From Octopus sinensis (lineage: Eukaryota): a stretch of 16,609 nt of DNA. Under the pieces are notes generated by a model that saw nothing but the letters and a program-made list of their open reading frames with translations, was not told the DNA's origin and did no database searches. Position 1 is the first letter of the stretch, and the number at the start of each line of letters is the position of its first letter. The stretch spans positions 1 to 16,609 of the forward strand of contig NW_021825127.1 of NCBI RefSeq assembly GCF_006345805.1, written 5' to 3'. This document shows, piece after piece, positions 10,820-16,609 of this stretch. The translations under genes and the position numbers were made by a program.

Positions 10820-11230
10820 GAGGAGTGGCTGTGTGGTAAGTAGCTTGGTTACCAACCACATGGTTCTGGGTTCAGTCCCACTGCGTGGCACCTTGGGCAA
10901 GTGTCTTCTACTATAGCCTCGGGCCAACCAAAGCCTTGTGAGTGGATTTGGTAGACGGAAACTGAAAGAAGCCCGTCGTATATATGTATATATATATATG
11001 TGTGTGGTGTGTGTGTTTTGTGTGTCTGTGTTTGTCCCCCTAGCATTGCTTGACAACCGATGCTGGTGTGTTTATGTCCACGTTACTTAGCGGTTCGGCA
11101 AAAGAGACCGATAGAATAAGTACTGGGCTTACAAAAGAATAAGTCCCGGGGTCGAGCTGCTCGATTAAAGGCGGTGCTCCAGCATGGCCGCAGTCAAACG
11201 ACTGAAACAAGTAAAAGAGAGAAAAGAGAG
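10820..11230 (+). mobile_element. SINE family A, full length, well preserved
   Basis: Box A TGGCTGTGTGG, box B GGTTCAGTCCC, GGCACCTTGGGCAAGTGTCTT (CORE-like), internal microsatellite, 3' half and purine-rich tail. Confidence 0.95.
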
Positions 11231-11554
11231 TATATATGTGTGTGTGTTTTGTGTGTATGCAGCAAAACGAAAATGGAGGGGAAACCAAAATGGCATACAC
11301 CAGCCGGTAGACATTCTATTACGTTTATTTAATCCAAAAGAAAAAGGAGTATTCTAAGAATAGATACACATGCAAAGACTGTGTGCTACACAAATATATA
11401 CTAGTAATAGTAATAACAGTAGCACATAAAAGAGTAAAATATTTAAGAATAAGTTCCTTACGGCCGTTTCTGCCAAGAGGCATGCTAACTCCATGCTAGC
11501 TCCATCTCTTCAGATTTCTGTAGGGATGTATATATAATGAACGAATAAGTGATA

Positions 11555-11933
11555 TGGATGGAATGGAAGCACTCCGTCGGTTACGACGACGAAGGTTCCG
11601 GTTGATCCGAATCAACGGAACAGCCTGCTCGTGAAATTAACGTGTAAGTGGCTGAGCACTCCACAGACACATGTACCCTTAACGTAGTTCTCGGGGATAT
11701 TCAGCGTGACACAGAGAGTGACAAGGCCGGCCCTTTGAAATACAGGTACAACAGAAACAGGAAGTAAGAGTGAGAGAAAGTTGTGGTGAAACAGTACAGC
11801 AGGGATCACCACCATCCCTGCCGGAGCCTCGTGGAGCTTTAGGTGTTTTCGCTCAGTAAACACTCACAACGCCCGGTCTGGGAATCGAAACCGCGAGTCC
11901 GCTGCCCTAACCACTGGGCCATTGCGCCTCCAC
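11555..11933 (-). mobile_element. tRNA-derived SINE family C, full length, (TTCCA)n tail
   Basis: Minus strand reads GTGGAGGCGCAA, box A TGGCCCAGTGG (11921-11911), box B GGTTTCGATTCC (11892-11881), a body of about 300 nt and a tail CTTCCATTCCATCCAT. Confidence 0.85.
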
Positions 11934-12234
11934 ATGTGATATAGATATCCACTTTATACAGCTCAACCAATTAGCGCTTTGGTAGAGCTTCAGGAATATA
12001 AAATTAAGAAGGAGAGAAAACAAATTCAAAGGTCAATGTATATATTTATTGAATCCATATTAACGAAATACTCCATGGTGTACGAAATACATAGATGCAT
12101 TCATCTATTTGATATATAAAAATGTCTAAGAATCCATAAATACATACATATACACGAAAATTTATAAATATTTAAAAATTTATAGACACATAAAAATTCA
12201 TAAATATAAATATATAAAAATATAGTCCCGTAAA

Positions 12235-12542
12235 TGTACTTGCGAAGACCGAATGTTCCAATTTGAATCAATGAAGAAGATTATAAAGCGAGTGTATAAT
12301 GATTCATAAGGAGCCAGTATAAAATCTATGTATAAAGTCTAACGTCCATTTCGAAAAGATATAGATTGCTATGGGTGAGCTAACACCAACCGTAGCTCGA
12401 AGAGTTGCGATTTATGCACGAAGGAGGCGATCCACATAATCCCATCCAACAAAAATAGTTTACTTTTACAAAAATAGTTTACTTTTTTAAGATATCTGAC
12501 ACTATAATTACCTGTAGACACAATTATCTTGCAACGATTAAA
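12235..12542 (+). mobile_element. Decayed Penelope-like element, GIY-YIG endonuclease C-terminus
   Basis: 12379 onward translates ANTNRSSKSCDLCTKEAIHIIPSNKNSLL. After a 19-bp tandem duplication, 12489-12542 gives KISDTIITCRHNYLATIK. The CxxC...LLNK.S...CRH pattern is typical of Penelope-type ORF termini. The upstream part (TCE near 12238) is only weakly supported. Confidence 0.6.
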
Positions 12543-12708
12543 TTTTTCAAAAATAATTAGTTGACAAATATATCTTATGATATAAACCTTATAACGAAGT
12601 GGGACAGAATATACACAAAATGATACGAGAACCCACGATTTATTTCTACATCATCAATCTAAATATCTTACCTACTTTGATCGCACATGACACTCCATAT
12701 CAATCTAC

Positions 12709-12816
12709 TGGTTTCATATTTTGGCACAAGGCCAGCAATTTTGGAGGAGGGTCTAAGTCGATTAAAGCGATCTCAGTGATCAACTTGTACTTATTTCATT
12801 GATCCCGAAAGGATGA
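12709..12816 (-). mobile_element. SINE family B, 3' fragment
   Basis: GGTTTCATATTTTGGCACAAGGCC..AATTTT matches 6397-6419; GTACTTATTTCATTGATCCCGAAAGGATGA matches the B central region. Confidence 0.8.
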
Positions 12817-12975
12817 TGTTTTTTTCTTCACGTAGTTTTATGTTTGTATCTCAGGTGGACATTTTTTCTTTACACATTTTGTATTAAAAATATTTTCTAG
12901 CTATTTTTACTAAAGATTATAATTCATATTTGGCTGGTAACTACTAATACTATTAGTACTATATTTGCTGGCATT

Positions 12976-13221
12976 GTGGAGGCGTGTTGCTCAGTAGTTA
13001 AGACGTTAAACTCATCATCGAAAGGTTGTGGTTTCGATTCCTGGACCAGGCGATGCGTTGTGTTCTTGAGCAAAACACTTCATTTCACATTGCTCCAGTC
13101 CACTCAGCTGGAAAAAATGAGTAATGCTGATACGGACCGGCGTCCCGTCTAGGTGGGGAATTTCTACGCCACCGAAACCGGGAAACCGGCCTTTATGAGC
13201 CTGGCATGGCTCAAAAAAAAA
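12976..13221 (+). mobile_element. tRNA-derived SINE family D with CORE-like domain
   Basis: GTGGAGGCG head, box A TTGCTCAGTAG (12987-12997), box B GGTTTCGATTCC (13030-13041), then GTGTTCTTGAGCAAAACACTT...TTGCTCCAGTCCACTCAGCTG..AAATGAGTA, which resembles the CORE-SINE domain; ends in an A run. Confidence 0.82.
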
Positions 13222-13443
13222 TTTTGGGTTTTTTTGGTGGCATTAAAATGCAAATAAACGGTTAAGTATTTCAAAGTCTAAAATGCTTGCCTTCATAAAG
13301 GTTGATGGAGAGAAATTCTCTACTCTCTAGAACTGAAATTTGGATTATGAAGAATGGGCTTCGAGATTATCTTAATGGTACTTAATGGTACTTTCCGGCG
13401 ACAGAGAGGATGCCGGTAAAAATTTCGAACATATCTATCAAAA

Positions 13444-13805
13444 AATATTTAAACATAATAAATAATATTAGGGTAATAAGAATTATAGAAATTATTATTA
13501 CCAGTGGCCTAGCACACAAAAAAAATCAATAGACTATATATTATTCACATAAAAATATCGTGTACATTAGAACACATTAAGGGGCTTCCAAATAGGAAAG
13601 CCTTGTGCTAGAAAGAGCAGTAGAAATCTCAAACCCCTAATTATTGATAAATTCTCGAAAGGATTGAAAATTAAAAGCAATATTTAAACATAATAAATAA
13701 TATTAGGGTAATACCAATTATAGAAATTATTAATTTATTAATAATTTATTAATAATAATTTCTATAATTCTTATTACCCTAATATCATTTATTATGTTGA
13801 AATAT
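13444..13805. repeat. 57-bp AT-rich motif in three copies (two direct, one inverted)
   Basis: AATATTTAAACATAATAAATAATATTAGGGTAATAAGAATTATAGAAATTATTATTA at 13444-13500 (+), 13679-13732 (+, 2 mismatches in 54) and 13750-13805 (reverse complement, about 3 mismatches). Confidence 0.92.
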
Positions 13806-13843
13806 GTATATATATATATATATATATAAGTATATCTATCTAT

Positions 13844-13932
<89 letters not shown>

Positions 13933-14110
13933 ACCTATCTATATAATTTACAAGATAAGGGCAAAAGAAAAATTCTAATGCCAAATATGTCGAAAAAAAG
14001 ACAAATTGTCAATAACCATTATAATTTATATATAATATTTATATATAATATATAGCTATCTATCTATCTATCTATTATCTATCTATCTATATATATATAA
14101 TATATAATAT

Positions 14111-14165
<55 letters not shown>

Positions 14166-14171
14166 TATATA
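13806..14171. repeat. Compound microsatellite blocks (TA)n, (CT)n and (TCTA)n, with a short unique AT-rich spacer
   Basis: Read directly (13806-13935 and 14041-14171). Confidence 0.92.
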
Positions 14172-14627
14172 GGCACAGGTGTGACTGCGTGGTAAGAAGC
14201 TTGCTTCTTAGCCACATTGTTCCGGTTCGGTCTCACCGCGTGGCACCTTCTGCAAGTGTCATCTACTATAGCCTCGGGCCGACCAAACCTTTATGTGAGT
14301 GGAATTGGTAAAGGGATACTAGAAGAATCCCATCGCATATGTATATATGTATTTATATATATATTTGTGTGTGTGTGTCTCTGTGTGTGTATGTGTTTGT
14401 GTGTGTGTCTGTGTTTGTTACCACTCCTCCGCTGTTATTGCTTGATATTCGATGCTGTTGTGTTTATGCCCCTGTAATATAGCGGCTGGGCAAAGAAACC
14501 GATAGAATAAGTACTAGGCTTACAAAGAATAAGTCCTGGGGTCGATTTCTTCGACTAAGACCCTTTAAGGCAATGGTCCGTCATGGCCGCAGTCAAATGA
14601 GTGAAACAAGTTAAAGAATAAAAGAAT
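14172..14627 (+). mobile_element. SINE family A, full length, more diverged variant
   Basis: Head GGCACAGGTGTGACTGCGTGGTAAGAAGC; internal microsatellite; 3' half with an extra GACCCTTT segment before AAGGC; tail TAAAGAATAAAAGAAT. Confidence 0.92.
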
Positions 14628-14628
14628 G

Positions 14629-14661
<33 letters not shown>

Positions 14662-14677
14662 TTACATATATACTTGT

Positions 14678-14717
<40 letters not shown>

Positions 14718-14895
14718 AAAAATACAGATATGTGTATGTAGGTATTTGAGTGATCATTTATGCATATTCAGTTACGAGACTGTGTCAAATTGTGACAAAC
14801 AGAAAGATAAGTGAGAAAGAATGAGAGAGAGAGAGAGAGGGGCAGAGAGAGAGAGGGACAGAGAGGGCGAGGGAGAAAGAGAGAGAGAGGGGCAG
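14628..14895. repeat. (CA)n(TA)n(TG)n tract and (GA)n / GAGGG purine tract
   Basis: Read directly (14628-14745 and 14821-14895). Confidence 0.9.
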
Positions 14896-15787
14896 AGGCC
14901 TATGATAGTCCTTAGGCATTGAAAATGGAAGGATTTCAACTAAGTCTTCTCTCCATTACTGGCAGCAACCACGAAGGTACTCTACCAAACTTCGAACCAA
15001 CACTTAAAAATGCGAACATAATTTTTATAGAGTTTAGGTAAAAAAAGAGTAAAAGGAAAAAAATAAACAAACTAAAAAAAAACAACAATAATAACTGAAC
15101 AGATACTCTAAACTATCAACTACCGAAAGTACGATTCTGAATGAAAATGGTAAAAAGAAAAATAAGATAAAATATAACATTAAAAAATTAAAAGAAATGG
15201 TAGAATTATAACTTCATTCCATTAGCGTTTTTAATGGAGAAATATGTTAGCAACAAAAAGTACCTTAGGAATATATACAATTTTTTCTTTCATTATTTTT
15301 CAAATATATATATTCTTTTTTTTTTTTGCTAAAAACCATTGTCAGAGCTGCGAGTATATATTATCCTCATTTTTTTTTGTCTTCTAATATCTGAAATTTA
15401 TTAATATTGCTTTGTTGCTCTTCTTATTATCGTTGCCATGGTTGTTGTGGGATATTCTGTCCTTCGTTGTTGTTGTAGCTAAATTTCTCAGAATCTTACT
15501 TCGTTCTTCCGTAAGCGAAAAGGTTTAAAGAAATATTTGGTTAAATTTCCTCAGAATCTTAATATTAAAACATTACGCTTTCCACAAGCAATTATTATCT
15601 TTTATTATTCTCTATTTTTGTCATTTTTTAAAAAAAGTGTTTTCGAATGTATTTTGCTAGTTACAGCCTACTTCTACGTTACGTAAACATAACGTATCAG
15701 AAAATCTTATCAAGAATTGAAATTCATAAATGTGAAACATATTTCTTATTGATTCCAAACATAATCGGGAAGCCCATGGAAATCAGG

Positions 15788-15842
15788 TTTCACGTTACGG
15801 AATTTCATGTTATGGAATTTCACGTTACGGAATTCCACGTTA
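15788..15842. repeat. 15-bp tandem repeat TTTCACGTTACGGAA, about 3.7 units
   Basis: Units at 15788, 15803 (TTTCATGTTATGGAA), 15818 and 15833 (partial). Confidence 0.93.
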
Positions 15843-16298
15843 GGATGTATCGTTTACTCAACGTACAATTTCCCAACTGCAGTCGTTTCTCATTACTTTC
15901 CTATCTTCTCTCATAATGTTCACTATTGCGGATTCATAAACCTATGTCTACAAGAGAATTAGTTTTATGTCACTCAGAAGTAGGCTTCACCCTCCGTAGA
16001 ATCAGTAAAACAAATCTCGTTGCCTTCATCTCGAGCAACAGATGAGCATCAACCATTTCTCACTTCTTTGTATAGTGGTTTCCTCTTGGACACTCTATGA
16101 TGGCGTATACTTTCTCTCTCTCTCTCTTCATCCATCCCTCTCCCCTCTTCCTCTCCTTCTAATTTTCATTAGACCAACAGTTTGGATTTTCTCCCTATTA
16201 CTCACGTTCAAGATCGTCAACAAAAGCTTTTTCTTTCTTTAGCTCAAAAACTTGTTCTACATCGCTTTTGTCTTACATCTGTTGCAGTGTCTAGATCC

Positions 16299-16608
16299 AT
16301 TTCTGACTGTTCCATCTGACACATGGAAATTTTTGCAATTGACGTCATGGATTTCTCTGGGATTGTAATCAATGGTCTTTGAATTTGCTGGATAAATTCA
16401 GGTGTTGTGATGATTCCAGAACGTGCAGAATGCCTTTAAGCTTTGATACTGGTGATACGTTTCCACCTCCGTTTTCTAGCTCCTTGAAACTTTGTAGACG
16501 AAAGATCTGGCAAATTTTAAAAATCGAGACATTTCTAAATCGGCCAGCCTTTATAACTACAATAACAGCATGCCTCTCCATTTCTTGGGTAAGCTAAAGG
16601 TCTGCCAT
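16299..16608 (-). mobile_element. Decayed IS630-Tc1-mariner superfamily transposase, N-terminal DNA-binding region (pseudogene)
   Basis: Joining frames across several frameshifts gives MADL*LTQEMERHAVIVVIKAG...EMSRFLKFARSFVYKV..ELENGGGNVSPVSK...HSARSGIITTPEFIQQIQ.TIDYNPR.SMTSIAK.FHVSDGTVRN. This has two HTH-like segments, and the NP..S...IAK.F.VS..TVR pattern typical of Tc1/mariner transposases. No catalytic domain or TIR is visible in the window. Confidence 0.78.
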
Positions 16609-16609
16609 T

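Noticed and set aside
1703-11300. Recurrent peptide '...DLFFVSLVLI...FAEPLSYGDVNT..SVVKRC' in several ORFs (1728, 7481, 10087, 11040), resembling a gene family
   Set aside because: It is the antisense reading of the SINE A 3' half, and the copies carry independent frameshifts and stops.
11612-11863. 83-aa ORF MFTERKHL...
   Set aside because: It lies wholly inside SINE C and shows no recognisable domain.
11881-13041. tRNA-like heads with box A/B as possible tRNA genes
   Set aside because: They have no complete cloverleaf and continue into SINE bodies and tails, so they are SINE heads.
9178-14814. ORFs rich in YI/HT/CV dipeptides
   Set aside because: They are translations of (TA)n, (CA)n and (TG)n microsatellites.
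15788-15842. CRISPR-like array
   Set aside because: The units are contiguous with no spacers, there are no cas genes, and the context is eukaryotic.
16167-16282. Possible minus-strand exon ending at GAAC|GTGAGT (DKSDVEQVFELKKEKAFVDDLE)
   Set aside because: All three frames from the nearest plausible acceptor contain stops.

Overview
AT-rich, microsatellite-dense eukaryotic non-coding DNA with no intact protein-coding gene that I can support. It is most likely an octopus (coleoid cephalopod) intron or intergenic region; this is an inference from the SINE families, which resemble the octopus tRNA-derived OR1/OR2/OK-type SINEs. The window is a transposon graveyard. It holds two stacked 5'-truncated R4/Dong-clade LINE 3' ends (restriction-like endonuclease C-terminus plus (TAA)n tail) and about 7 copies of SINE family A, which carries an internal (TA)n(TG)n tract. 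It also holds about 10 copies or fragments of SINE family B, two SINEs (C, D) that share a tRNA head, three old copies of an unassigned repeat (E), a decayed Penelope-like GIY-YIG C-terminus and a decayed Tc1/mariner transposase N-terminus. Family letters A-E are my own labels. Most ORFs in the supplied track are artefacts of microsatellites or SINE sequence. I found no convincing new biological system. The leads worth following are structural: each TE family sits in its own microsatellite type, two SINE families share a stem-loop, an inverted SINE pair could form dsRNA, one SINE is chimeric, and an unexplained 57-bp motif occurs three times and forms a long hairpin.
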